Positions 39,078-52,000 of a DNA stretch of 52,000 nucleotides are shown piece after piece. Position numbers and translations under genes: made by a program. The DNA is from Eledone cirrhosa (lineage: Eukaryota), in the NCBI GenBank assembly GCA_964016885.1, contig CAXHJY010001101.1, positions 1-52,000 on the forward strand, in the 5' to 3' direction. Each line of letters begins with the position of its first letter. Position 1 is the stretch's first letter. Under the pieces are notes generated by a model, which saw nothing but the letters and a program-made list of their open reading frames with translations, was not told the DNA's origin and ran no database searches.

Positions 39078-40283
39078 AAAATAATCAAAAAGACAGACTT
39101 TTTACCATTATTAAATTATAATTATCTTTCTCTATTCTTTCACACAATCAACTTTACACATTCTCTCATACAACCTAACTTTTCAGATTTATTTCTTTTA
39201 CAAACTCCCTCATACAACCTTTTCCTATTCATGCAATCCTCACCTAACTCTTCTCTGCACTCTCAACTCTTGCCCACGCCGGCATATCATACACTAGCAC
39301 ACCATTTCACCGGCTCTTGCCTACCTCTTCCAACACACATGCATCGTCCCTTCTATTTTCAATTAACAACAACTACCTTCATTCTATTTCAATTCAGCCG
39401 CAATCACTCTTACCTTTCACACTTCTCTTCCAACATACACCCAACCGTCTATCGTGTATCTGAGTAATTAACCTCATAGAAACAACACTTAAATTTACCT
39501 CCTCTCACACATAACCTACATTATATGGAGAAAGATATCTGCCATTTTCACTCTTAGTATATCTTTCATCATACCACTGGCCAGCTAAATCATAACTTCC
39601 ATCTTCCGACGGAGAAGACGCTCCTATCAGAAGAAATCATCAGGCTAGATCCAGAAACGATCTTATCTTATTTGTCGTCTAACCTTCGGTCTCACGCCAG
39701 TTGGATTTACCCGTATTATCTCTCTAGTCATTCTTTTCTTATACATTCTAAACACACCTTCCTACTACCAGAGTGGTGATCTTCCGATTCAGAAAATTCG
39801 CTGCTCTACCTGTACCCACTCCCTCATCTCCAAGCTACACATCCAATCGACCAAGCTTATTCCAAACGCTTGTAAATCTACATTTACAAATCAATACAAC
39901 AAACAATTTACTTCAGCGAACACACACAGACATATATTACTAGCAAATCACTTATATATGGAACTTGTGAGCATGTGATATCTCTAAAAGGTCGCATCTT
40001 GAACTCAATCAAACAATCTAGCCTATACTAATATGGAAAGAGGACGTGCAATGATGATATGGATTTTTAGGCTTTTCTTAAGCACAGAGATTGTTTTAGT
40101 GTCACTTGCATTTAAAATTTAATTATCTTTATTATCCACTTCTCAGTAGTGAGAACTTGATAAATATTTATTACAACAGTTAAACCAACTTCATTAAAGT
40201 ATTATGTTGCTGTAGGTGTGTGTATAACATGCAACTAGATAAACTCTGATATAGTAGATAGATTCTTGTGAAATATCTATATA

Positions 40284-41107
40284 CAAGTGCACCACCATGC
40301 ATTTTGGGAGTAAAAACCCAGCGTCCACATACTCCCTCCACAGCACTAATATCAAGAAGTCTTCTTGTGAACGTGACCTGGACATTGCGGTCAGCAGCGA
40401 TTTGCGTTGGACGAAGCACGTCTCTAAAATTGTCAAGAGGGCCGAGGGTGTCTTAACATCACTCAGTAAGACCTTTGTCAGCCGCTCTCCTGCTATCTAT
40501 TTAAGGCTGTACATGGCTATGGTGCGGCCACACTTAGAATTTGCATCACCAGTCTGGGACCCCTAGCTTGCTCAGAACATTGACCGCCTGGAAACTGTTC
40601 AGAGACGTGCAACCAAGCGAATACCCTCCATCAGGCATCTACCATACTCTGAGCGCCTTGCTTCCCTGGGCATGGATACATTGAAGCTCCGACGCCTGGC
40701 AACTGACTTGGTAAACACCGACAAAATTGTTAACCATCTTGCCAACAACAACCCTGAGTAGCTTTTTGATTTCCATGTGTCTAACACACGTGGGCATGCC
40801 CACAAAGTCTGAAAACAGTACAGTTCCCATGACTTTCGGAAACATTTTTTCACGCTCAGAGTTGCTGAAGCATGTAAAAAACTACCTGCATCGGTTGTTA
40901 GCTGTCGAGACACTGCATCCTTTAAGGCCTCCATGCTTCCCGAGATTCGCCAACACTACACCTAATGTCGCCCCCTCCCTGCCTCATACACACATATATA
41001 TCATGACTCATACACTATTCACTTCCCTGACATTTGTGTTTTATTCTATGTACTATACATGCACCTTTGACGAGTTGTAGTGCACCTGAGCACTTTACAC
41101 AATAATT

Positions 41108-41136
<29 letters not shown>
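40284..41136 (+). mobile_element. CR1-clade LINE 3' fragment, copy 16
   Basis: Near-identical to copy 1. Confidence 0.9.
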
Positions 41137-41141
<5 letters not shown>

Positions 41142-41587
41142 AATTAACCGTGAGAGACACTAAAGACACACACACAAATCTCAATTTGCGTTATTCATCG
41201 ATCTGCTGGAAACAACGTTGATATTTGTCTCAACTAACAGCCTCTCTCCTGGAAGAAGGAAAAAAACGGTGATAAATACTTTTCTGCAAGTTTGTGTTAG
41301 TAGTTAATGCTAACACCAAATGTTGAATTATTTCCCTTGATTAATACAAGATAGTAGATTTGAAGGCGTAAGTAAAGATAGTTTAGTTGTTAAATTGATA
41401 AAGTTTGTATAAAGAAGAATAACTTTGAAAGTAAAGAGTAGTGAATAAGTGTATAAATAAAATAATTTGCAAGTTGTATTGTTTTTTGTATTGTGGAATT
41501 AAATTTTCAGTAGTTGCTGATGGTATAAAGTCAGTAGATCTTTTGTAAGTATAATGTTATATGAAGAAAGTGATTATGGTGTCTAGC

Positions 41588-41751
41588 ATACTTACCTGGC
41601 ACAGGGGTTAACCATGATCCGCTAGGTGGTTCTCCCAGAGTGAGGCTCTTCCATTGCACTGCGGTTGGGTTGACCTTTGCGATCGCCCCAAATGTGGGCG
41701 ACTCGGGTGCGCTATTTCTAAGTGTGGGGTCTGCGTTCGCGCTCACCCCGT
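41588..41751 (+). ncRNA. U1: U1 snRNA, copy 16
   Basis: Same sequence as copy 1. Confidence 0.97.
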
Positions 41752-42957
41752 AAAATAATCAAAAAGACAGACTTTTTACCATTATTAAATTATAATTATC
41801 TTTCTCTATTCTTTCACACAATCAACTTTACACATTCTCTCATACAACCTAACTTTTCAGATTTATTTCTTTTACAAACTCCCTCATACAACCTTTTCCT
41901 ATTCATGCAATCCTCACCTAACTCTTCTCTGCACTCTCAACTCTTGCCCACGCCGGCATATCATATACTAGCACACCATTTCACCGGCTCTTGCCTACCT
42001 CTTCCAACACACATGCATCGTCCCTTCTATTTTCAATTAACAACAACTACCTTCATTCTATTTCAATTCAGCCGCAATCACTCTTACCTTTCACACTTCT
42101 CTTCCAACATACACCCAACCGTCTATCGTGTATCTGAGTAATTAACCTCATAGAAACAACACTTAAATTTACCTCCTCTCACACATAACCTACATTATAT
42201 GGAGAAAGATATCTGCCATTTTCACTCTTAGTATATCTTTCATCATACCACTGGCCAGCTAAATCATAACTTCCATCTTCCGACGGAGAAGACGCTCCTA
42301 TCAGAAGAAATCATCAGGCTAGATCCAGAAACGATCTTATCTTATTTGTCGTCTAACCTTCGGTCTCACGCCAGTTGGATTTACCCGTATTATCTCTCTA
42401 GTCATTCTTTTCTTATACATTCTAAACACACCTTCCTACTACCAGAGTGGTGATCTTCCGATTCAGAAAATTCGCTGCTCTACCTGTACCCACTCCCTCA
42501 TCTCCAAGCTACACATCCAATCGACCAAGCTTATTCCAAACGCTTGTAAATCTACATTTACAAATCAATACAACAAACAATTTACTTCAGCGAACACACA
42601 CAGACATATATTACTAGCAAATCACTTATATATGGAACTTGTGAGCATGTGATATCTCTAAAAGGTCGCATCTTGAACTCAATCAAACAATCTAGCCTAT
42701 ACTAATATGGAAAGAGGACGTGCAATGATGATATGGATTTTTAGGCTTTTCTTAAGCACAGAGATTGTTTTAGTGTCACTTGCATTTAAAATTTAATTAT
42801 CTTTATTATCCACTTCTCAGTAGTGAGAACTTGATAAATATTTATTACAACAGTTAAACCAACTTCATTAAAGTATTATGTTGCTGTAGGTGTGTGTATA
42901 ACATGCAACTAGATAAACTCTGATATAGTAGATAGATTCTTGTGAAATATCTATATA

Positions 42958-43781
42958 CAAGTGCACCACCATGCATTTTGGGAGTAAAAACCCAGCGTCC
43001 ACATACTCCCTCCACAGCACTAATATCAAGAAGTCTTCTTGTGAACGTGACCTGGACATTGCGGTCAGCAGCGATTTGCGTTGGACGAAGCACGTCTCTA
43101 AAATTGTCAAGAGGGCCGAGGGTGTCTTAACATCACTCAGTAAGACCTTTGTCAGCCGCTCTCCTGCTATCTATTTAAGGCTGTACATGGCTATGGTGCG
43201 GCCACACTTAGAATTTGCATCACCAGTCTGGGACCCCTAGCTTGCTCAGAACATTGACCGCCTGGAAACTGTTCAGAGACGTGCAACCAAGCGAATACCC
43301 TCCATCAGGCATCTACCATACTCTGAGCGCCTTGCTTCCCTGGGCATGGATACATTGAAGCTCCGACGCCTGGCAACTGACTTGGTAAACACCGACAAAA
43401 TTGTTAACCATCTTGCCAACAACAACCCTGAGTAGCTTTTTGATTTCCATGTGTCTAACACACGTGGGCATGCCCACAAAGTCTGAAAACAGTACAGTTC
43501 CCATGACTTTCGGAAACATTTTTTCACGCTCAGAGTTGCTGAAGCATGTAAAAAACTACCTGCATCGGTTGTTAGCTGTCGAGACACTGCATCCTTTAAG
43601 GCCTCCATGCTTCCCGAGATTCGCCAACACTACACCTAATGTCGCCCCCTCCCTGCCTCATACACACATATATATCATGACTCATACACTATTCACTTCC
43701 CTGACATTTGTGTTTTATTCTATGTACTATACATGCACCTTTGACGAGTTGTAGTGCACCTGAGCACTTTACACAATAATT

Positions 43782-43810
<29 letters not shown>
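42958..43810 (+). mobile_element. CR1-clade LINE 3' fragment, copy 17
   Basis: Near-identical to copy 1. Confidence 0.9.
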
Positions 43811-43815
<5 letters not shown>

Positions 43816-44261
43816 AATTAACCGTGAGAGACACTAAAGACACACACACAAATCTCAATTTGCGTTATTCATCGATCTGCTGGAAACAACGTTGATATTT
43901 GTCTCAACTAACAGCCTCTCTCCTGGAAGAAGGAAAAAAACGGTGATAAATACTTTTCTGCAAGTTTGTGTTAGTAGTTAATGCTAACACCAAATGTTGA
44001 ATTATTTCCCTTGATTAATACAAGATAGTAGATTTGAAGGCGTAAGTAAAGATAGTTTAGTTGTTAAATTGATAAAGTTTGTATAAAGAAGAATAACTTT
44101 GAAAGTAAAGAGTAGTGAATAAGTGTATAAATAAAATAATTTGCAAGTTGTATTGTTTTTTGTATTGTGGAATTAAATTTTCAGTAGTTGCTGATGGTAT
44201 AAAGTCAGTAGATCTTTTGTAAGTATAATGTTATATGAAGAAAGTGATTATGGTGTCTAGC

Positions 44262-44425
44262 ATACTTACCTGGCACAGGGGTTAACCATGATCCGCTAGG
44301 TGGTTCTCCCAGAGTGAGGCTCTTCCATTGCACTGCGGTTGGGTTGACCTTTGCGATCGCCCCAAATGTGGGCGACTCGGGTGCGCTATTTCTAAGTGTG
44401 GGGTCTGCGTTCGCGCTCACCCCGT
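44262..44425 (+). ncRNA. U1: U1 snRNA, copy 17
   Basis: Same sequence as copy 1. Confidence 0.97.
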
Positions 44426-45631
44426 AAAATAATCAAAAAGACAGACTTTTTACCATTATTAAATTATAATTATCTTTCTCTATTCTTTCACACAATCAAC
44501 TTTACACATTCTCTCATACAACCTAACTTTTCAGATTTATTTCTTTTACAAACTCCCTCATACAACCTTTTCCTATTCATGCAATCCTCACCTAACTCTT
44601 CTCTGCACTCTCAACTCTTGCCCACGCCGGCATATCATACACTAGCACACCATTTCACCGGCTCTTGCCTACCTCTTCCAACACACATGCATCGTCCCTT
44701 CTATTTTCAATTAACAACAACTACCTTCATTCTATTTCAATTCAGCCGCAATCACTCTTACCTTTCACACTTCTCTTCCAACATACACCCAACCGTCTAT
44801 CGTGTATCTGAGTAATTAACCTCATAGAAACAACACTTAAATTTACCTCCTCTCACACATAACCTACATTATATGGAGAAAGATATCTGCCATTTTCACT
44901 CTTAGTATATCTTTCATCATACCACTGGCCAGCTAAATCATAACTTCCATCTTCCGACGGAGAAGACGCTCCTATCAGAAGAAATCATCAGGCTAGATCC
45001 AGAAACGATCTTATCTTATTTGTCGTCTAACCTTCGGTCTCACGCCAGTTGGATTTACCCGTATTATCTCTCTAGTCATTCTTTTCTTATACATTCTAAA
45101 CACACCTTCCTACTACCAGAGTGGTGATCTTCCGATTCAGAAAATTCGCTGCTCTACCTGTACCCACTCCCTCATCTCCAAGCTACACATCCAATCGACC
45201 AAGCTTATTCCAAACGCTTGTAAATCTACATTTACAAATCAATACAACAAACAATTTACTTCAGCGAACACACACAGACATATATTACTAGCAAATCACT
45301 TATATATGGAACTTGTGAGCATGTGATATCTCTAAAAGGTCGCATCTTGAACTCAATCAAACAATCTAGCCTATACTAATATGGAAAGAGGACGTGCAAT
45401 GATGATATGGATTTTTAGGCTTTTCTTAAGCACAGAGATTGTTTTAGTGTCACTTGCATTTAAAATTTAATTATCTTTATTATCCACTTCTCAGTAGTGA
45501 GAACTTGATAAATATTTATTACAACAGTTAAACCAACTTCATTAAAGTATTATGTTGCTGTAGGTGTGTGTATAACATGCAACTAGATAAACTCTGATAT
45601 AGTAGATAGATTCTTGTGAAATATCTATATA

Positions 45632-46455
45632 CAAGTGCACCACCATGCATTTTGGGAGTAAAAACCCAGCGTCCACATACTCCCTCCACAGCACTAATAT
45701 CAAGAAGTCTTCTTGTGAACGTGACCTGGACATTGCGGTCAGCAGCGATTTGCGTTGGACGAAGCACGTCTCTAAAATTGTCAAGAGGGCCGAGGGTGTC
45801 TTAACATCACTCAGTAAGACCTTTGTCAGCCGCTCTCCTGCTATCTATTTAAGGCTGTACATGGCTATGGTGCGGCCACACTTAGAATTTGCATCACCAG
45901 TCTGGGACCCCTAGCTTGCTCAGAACATTGACCGCCTGGAAACTGTTCAGAGACGTGCAACCAAGCGAATACCCTCCATCAGGCATCTACCATACTCTGA
46001 GCGCCTTGCTTCCCTGGGCATGGATACATTGAAGCTCCGACGCCTGGCAACTGACTTGGTAAACACCGACAAAATTGTTAACCATCTTGCCAACAACAAC
46101 CCTGAGTAGCTTTTTGATTTCCATGTGTCTAACACACGTGGGCATGCCCACAAAGTCTGAAAACAGTACAGTTCCCATGACTTTCGGAAACATTTTTTCA
46201 CGCTCAGAGTTGCTGAAGCATGTAAAAAACTACCTGCATCGGTTGTTAGCTGTCGAGACACTGCATCCTTTAAGGCCTCCATGCTTCCCGAGATTCGCCA
46301 ACACTACACCTAATGTCGCCCCCTCCCTGCCTCATACACACATATATATCATGACTCATACACTATTCACTTCCCTGACATTTGTGTTTTATTCTATGTA
46401 CTATACATGCACCTTTGACGAGTTGTAGTGCACCTGAGCACTTTACACAATAATT

Positions 46456-46484
<29 letters not shown>
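45632..46484 (+). mobile_element. CR1-clade LINE 3' fragment, copy 18
   Basis: Near-identical to copy 1. Confidence 0.9.
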
Positions 46485-46489
<5 letters not shown>

Positions 46490-46935
46490 AATTAACCGTG
46501 AGAGACACTAAAGACACACACACAAATCTCAATTTGCGTTATTCATCGATCTGCTGGAAACAACGTTGATATTTGTCTCAACTAACAGCCTCTCTCCTGG
46601 AAGAAGGAAAAAAACGGTGATAAATACTTTTCTGCAAGTTTGTGTTAGTAGTTAATGCTAACACCAAATGTTGAATTATTTCCCTTGATTAATACAAGAT
46701 AGTAGATTTGAAGGCGTAAGTAAAGATAGTTTAGTTGTTAAATTGATAAAGTTTGTATAAAGAAGAATAACTTTGAAAGTAAAGAGTAGTGAATAAGTGT
46801 ATAAATAAAATAATTTGCAAGTTGTATTGTTTTTTGTATTGTGGAATTAAATTTTCAGTAGTTGCTGATGGTATAAAGTCAGTAGATCTTTTGTAAGTAT
46901 AATGTTATATGAAGAAAGTGATTATGGTGTCTAGC

Positions 46936-47099
46936 ATACTTACCTGGCACAGGGGTTAACCATGATCCGCTAGGTGGTTCTCCCAGAGTGAGGCTCTTCC
47001 ATTGCACTGCGGTTGGGTTGACCTTTGCGATCGCCCCAAATGTGGGCGACTCGGGTGCGCTATTTCTAAGTGTGGGGTCTGCGTTCGCGCTCACCCCGT
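46936..47099 (+). ncRNA. U1: U1 snRNA, copy 18
   Basis: Same sequence as copy 1. Confidence 0.97.
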
Positions 47100-48305
47100 A
47101 AAATAATCAAAAAGACAGACTTTTTACCATTATTAAATTATAATTATCTTTCTCTATTCTTTCACACAATCAACTTTACACATTCTCTCATACAACCTAA
47201 CTTTTCAGATTTATTTCTTTTACAAACTCCCTCATACAACCTTTTCCTATTCATGCAATCCTCACCTAACTCTTCTCTGCACTCTCAACTCTTGCCCACG
47301 CCGGCATATCATACACTAGCACACCATTTCACCGGCTCTTGCCTACCTCTTCCAACACACATGCATCGTCCCTTCTATTTTCAATTAACAACAACTACCT
47401 TCATTCTATTTCAATTCAGCCGCAATCACTCTTACCTTTCACACTTCTCTTCCAACATACACCCAACCGTCTATCGTGTATCTGAGTAATTAACCTCATA
47501 GAAACAACACTTAAATTTACCTCCTCTCACACATAACCTACATTATATGGAGAAAGATATCTGCCATTTTCACTCTTAGTATATCTTTCATCATACCACT
47601 GGCCAGCTAAATCATAACTTCCATCTTCCGACGGAGAAGACGCTCCTATCAGAAGAAATCATCAGGCTAGATCCAGAAACGATCTTATCTTATTTGTCGT
47701 CTAACCTTCGGTCTCACGCCAGTTGGATTTACCCGTATTATCTCTCTAGTCATTCTTTTCTTATACATTCTAAACACACCTTCCTACTACCAGAGTGGTG
47801 ATCTTCCGATTCAGAAAATTCGCTGCTCTACCTGTACCCACTCCCTCATCTCCAAGCTACACATCCAATCGACCAAGCTTATTCCAAACGCTTGTAAATC
47901 TACATTTACAAATCAATACAACAAACAATTTACTTCAGCGAACACACACAGACATATATTACTAGCAAATCACTTATATATGGAACTTGTGAGCATGTGA
48001 TATCTCTAAAAGGTCGCATCTTGAACTCAATCAAACAATCTAGCCTATACTAATATGGAAAGAGGACGTGCAATGATGATATGGATTTTTAGGCTTTTCT
48101 TAAGCACAGAGATTGTTTTAGTGTCACTTGCATTTAAAATTTAATTATCTTTATTATCCACTTCTCAGTAGTGAGAACTTGATAAATATTTATTACAACA
48201 GTTAAACCAACTTCATTAAAGTATTATGTTGCTGTAGGTGTGTGTATAACATGCAACTAGATAAACTCTGATATAGTAGATAGATTCTTGTGAAATATCT
48301 ATATA

Positions 48306-49158
48306 CAAGTGCACCACCATGCATTTTGGGAGTAAAAACCCAGCGTCCACATACTCCCTCCACAGCACTAATATCAAGAAGTCTTCTTGTGAACGTGACC
48401 TGGACATTGCGGTCAGCAGCGATTTGCGTTGGACGAAGCACGTCTCTAAAATTGTCAAGAGGGCCGAGGGTGTCTTAACATCACTCAGTAAGACCTTTGT
48501 CAGCCGCTCTCCTGCTATCTATTTAAGGCTGTACATGGCTATGGTGCGGCCACACTTAGAATTTGCATCACCAGTCTGGGACCCCTAGCTTGCTCAGAAC
48601 ATTGACCGCCTGGAAACTGTTCAGAGACGTGCAACCAAGCGAATACCCTCCATCAGGCATCTACCATACTCTGAGCGCCTTGCTTCCCTGGGCATGGATA
48701 CATTGAAGCTCCGACGCCTGGCAACTGACTTGGTAAACACCGACAAAATTGTTAACCATCTTGCCAACAACAACCCTGAGTAGCTTTTTGATTTCCATGT
48801 GTCTAACACACGTGGGCATGCCCACAAAGTCTGAAAACAGTACAGTTCCCATGACTTTCGGAAACATTTTTTCACGCTCAGAGTTGCTGAAGCATGTAAA
48901 AAACTACCTGCATCGGTTGTTAGCTGTCGAGACACTGCATCCTTTAAGGCCTCCATGCTTCCCGAGATTCGCCAACACTACACCTAATGTCGCCCCCTCC
49001 CTGCCTCATACACACATATATATCATGACTCATACACTATTCACTTCCCTGACATTTGTGTTTTATTCTATGTACTATACATGCACCTTTGACGAGTTGT
49101 AGTGCACCTGAGCACTTTACACAATAATTTCATTATTATTATTATTATTCTTATTATT
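48306..49158 (+). mobile_element. CR1-clade LINE 3' fragment, copy 19
   Basis: Near-identical to copy 1. Confidence 0.9.
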
Positions 49159-49609
49159 ATATAAATTAACCGTGAGAGACACTAAAGACACACACACAAA
49201 TCTCAATTTGCGTTATTCATCGATCTGCTGGAAACAACGTTGATATTTGTCTCAACTAACAGCCTCTCTCCTGGAAGAAGGAAAAAAACGGTGATAAATA
49301 CTTTTCTGCAAGTTTGTGTTAGTAGTTAATGCTAACACCAAATGTTGAATTATTTCCCTTGATTAATACAAGATAGTAGATTTGAAGGCGTAAGTAAAGA
49401 TAGTTTAGTTGTTAAATTGATAAAGTTTGTATAAAGAAGAATAACTTTGAAAGTAAAGAGTAGTGAATAAGTGTATAAATAAAATAATTTGCAAGTTGTA
49501 TTGTTTTTTGTAGTGTGGAATTAAATTTTCAGTAGTTGCTGATGGTATAAAGTCAGTAGATCTTTTGTAAGTATAATGTTATATGAAGAAAGTGATTATG
49601 GTGTCTAGC

Positions 49610-49773
49610 ATACTTACCTGGCACAGGGGTTAACCATGATCCGCTAGGTGGTTCTCCCAGAGTGAGGCTCTTCCATTGCACTGCGGTTGGGTTGACCTTT
49701 GCGATCGCCCCAAATGTGGGCGACTCGGGTGCGCTATTTCTAAGTGTGGGGTCTGCGTTCGCGCTCACCCCGT
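49610..49773 (+). ncRNA. U1: U1 snRNA, copy 19
   Basis: Same sequence as copy 1. Confidence 0.97.
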
Positions 49774-50979
49774 AAAATAATCAAAAAGACAGACTTTTTA
49801 CCATTATTAAATTATAATTATCTTTCTCTATTCTTTCACACAATCAACTTTACACATTCTCTCATACAACCTAACTTTTCAGATTTATTTCTTTTACAAA
49901 CTCCCTCATACAACCTTTTCCTATTCATGCAATCCTCACCTAACTCTTCTCTGCACTCTCAACTCTTGCCCACGCCGGCATATCATACACTAGCACACCA
50001 TTTCACCGGCTCTTGCCTACCTCTTCCAACACACATGCATCGTCCCTTCTATTTTCAATTAACAACAACTACCTTCATTCTATTTCAATTCAGCCGCAAT
50101 CACTCTTACCTTTCACACTTCTCTTCCAACATACACCCAACCGTCTATCGTGTATCTGAGTAATTAACCTCATAGAAACAACACTTAAATTTACCTCCTC
50201 TCACACATAACCTACATTATATGGAGAAAGATATCTGCCATTTTCACTCTTAGTATATCTTTCATCATACCACTGGCCAGCTAAATCATAACTTCCATCT
50301 TCCGACGGAGAAGACGCTCCTATCAGAAGAAATCATCAGGCTAGATCCAGAAACGATCTTATCTTATTTGTCGTCTAACCTTCGGTCTCACGCCAGTTGG
50401 ATTTACCCGTATTATCTCTCTAGTCATTCTTTTCTTATACATTCTAAACACACCTTCCTACTACCAGAGTGGTGATCTTCCGATTCAGAAAATTCGCTGC
50501 TCTACCTGTACCCACTCCCTCATCTCCAAGCTACACATCCAATCGACCAAGCTTATTCCAAACGCTTGTAAATCTACATTTACAAATCAATACAACAAAC
50601 AATTTACTTCAGCGAACACACACAGACATATATTACTAGCAAATCACTTATATATGGAACTTGTGAGCATGTGATATCTCTAAAAGGTCGCATCTTGAAC
50701 TCAATCAAACAATCTAGCCTATACTAATATGGAAAGAGGACGTGCAATGATGATATGGATTTTTAGGCTTTTCTTAAGCACAGAGATTGTTTTAGTGTCA
50801 CTTGCATTTAAAATTTAATTATCTTTATTATCCACTTCTCAGTAGTGAGAACTTGATAAATATTTATTACAACAGTTAAACCAACTTCATTAAAGTATTA
50901 TGTTGCTGTAGGTGTGTGTATAACATGCAACTAGATAAACTCTGATATAGTAGATAGATTCTTGTGAAATATCTATATA

Positions 50980-51832
50980 CAAGTGCACCACCATGCATTT
51001 TGGGAGTAAAAACCCAGCGTCCACATACTCCCTCCACAGCACTAATATCAAGAAGTCTTCTTGTGAACGTGACCTGGACATTGCGGTCAGCAGCGATTTG
51101 CGTTGGACGAAGCACGTCTCTAAAATTGTCAAGAGGGCCGAGGGTGTCTTAACATCACTCAGTAAGACCTTTGTCAGCCGCTCTCCTGCTATCTATTTAA
51201 GGCTGTACATGGCTATGGTGCGGCCACACTTAGAATTTGCATCACCAGTCTGGGACCCCTAGCTTGCTCAGAACATTGACCGCCTGGAAACTGTTCAGAG
51301 ACGTGCAACCAAGCGAATACCCTCCATCAGGCATCTACCATACTCTGAGCGCCTTGCTTCCCTGGGCATGGATACATTGAAGCTCCGACGCCTGGCAACT
51401 GACTTGGTAAACACCGACAAAATTGTTAACCATCTTGCCAACAACAACCCTGAGTAGCTTTTTGATTTCCATGTGTCTAACACACGTGGGCATGCCCACA
51501 AAGTCTGAAAACAGTACAGTTCCCATGACTTTCGGAAACATTTTTTCACGCTCAGAGTTGCTGAAGCATGTAAAAAACTACCTGCATCGGTTGTTAGCTG
51601 TCGAGACACTGCATCCTTTAAGGCCTCCATGCTTCCCGAGATTCGCCAACACTACACCTAATGTCGCCCCCTCCCTGCCTCATACACACATATATATCAT
51701 GACTCATACACTATTCACTTCCCTGACATTTGTGTTTTATTCTATGTACTATACATGCACCTTTGACGAGTTGTAGTGCACCTGAGCACTTTACACAATA
51801 ATTTCATTATTATTATTATTATTCTTATTATT
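50980..51832 (+). mobile_element. CR1-clade LINE 3' fragment, copy 20
   Basis: Near-identical to copy 1. Confidence 0.9.
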
Positions 51833-52000
51833 ATATAAATTAACCGTGAGAGACACTAAAGACACACACACAAATCTCAATTTGCGTTATTCATCGATCT
51901 GCTGGAAACAACGTTGATATTTGTCTCAACTAACAGCCTCTCTCCTGGAAGAAGGAAAAAAACGGTGATAAATACTTTTCTGCAAGTTTGTGTTAGTAGT

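Larger units (their letters stand above)
1..52000. repeat. Tandem array of a ~2674-bp unit (U1 snRNA gene + CR1 fragment), ~19.4 copies, near-identical
   Basis: The same sequence and ORF set recur with offsets 0, 2674, 5348, 8021, 10695, 13369, 16042, 18716, 21390, 24067, 26741, 29418, 32092, 34765, 37438, 40112, 42786, 45460, 48134, 50808. Only a handful of SNPs and 1-3 bp indels distinguish the units. Confidence 0.99.

Noticed and set aside
1-52000. CRISPR array, retron or other prokaryotic RT-ncRNA system
   Set aside because: No short repeats with unique spacers and no intact RT. The RNA is a spliceosomal U1 and the RT-related sequence is a eukaryotic LINE relic.

Overview
Eukaryotic (invertebrate-type metazoan) DNA. 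The whole window is a head-to-tail tandem array of a ~2674-bp unit (19 full units plus a partial 20th; unit lengths 2673-2677 bp), and it runs off both ends. Each unit carries (i) a 5'-truncated, nonsense-mutated 3' fragment of a CR1-clade non-LTR retrotransposon (ORF2 C-terminus, 3' stem-loop, (ATT)n tail) and (ii) one full-length U1 snRNA gene with a 3'-box-like element. There are 19 U1 genes and 20 CR1 fragments. None of the supplied ORFs is a credible intact protein gene. The most notable point is that the amplified U1 folds correctly, with compensated stems and an intact 5' splice-site-pairing end and U1A loop, yet has a divergent U1-70K loop (GAUCCGCUAG) and a non-canonical Sm site (AUUUCUA). 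An inverted repeat and a sharp G/C strand-skew reversal bracket the gene. SNP and indel patterns record higher-order duplications and conversion within the array. Positions called 'unit position' refer to unit 1 coordinates.
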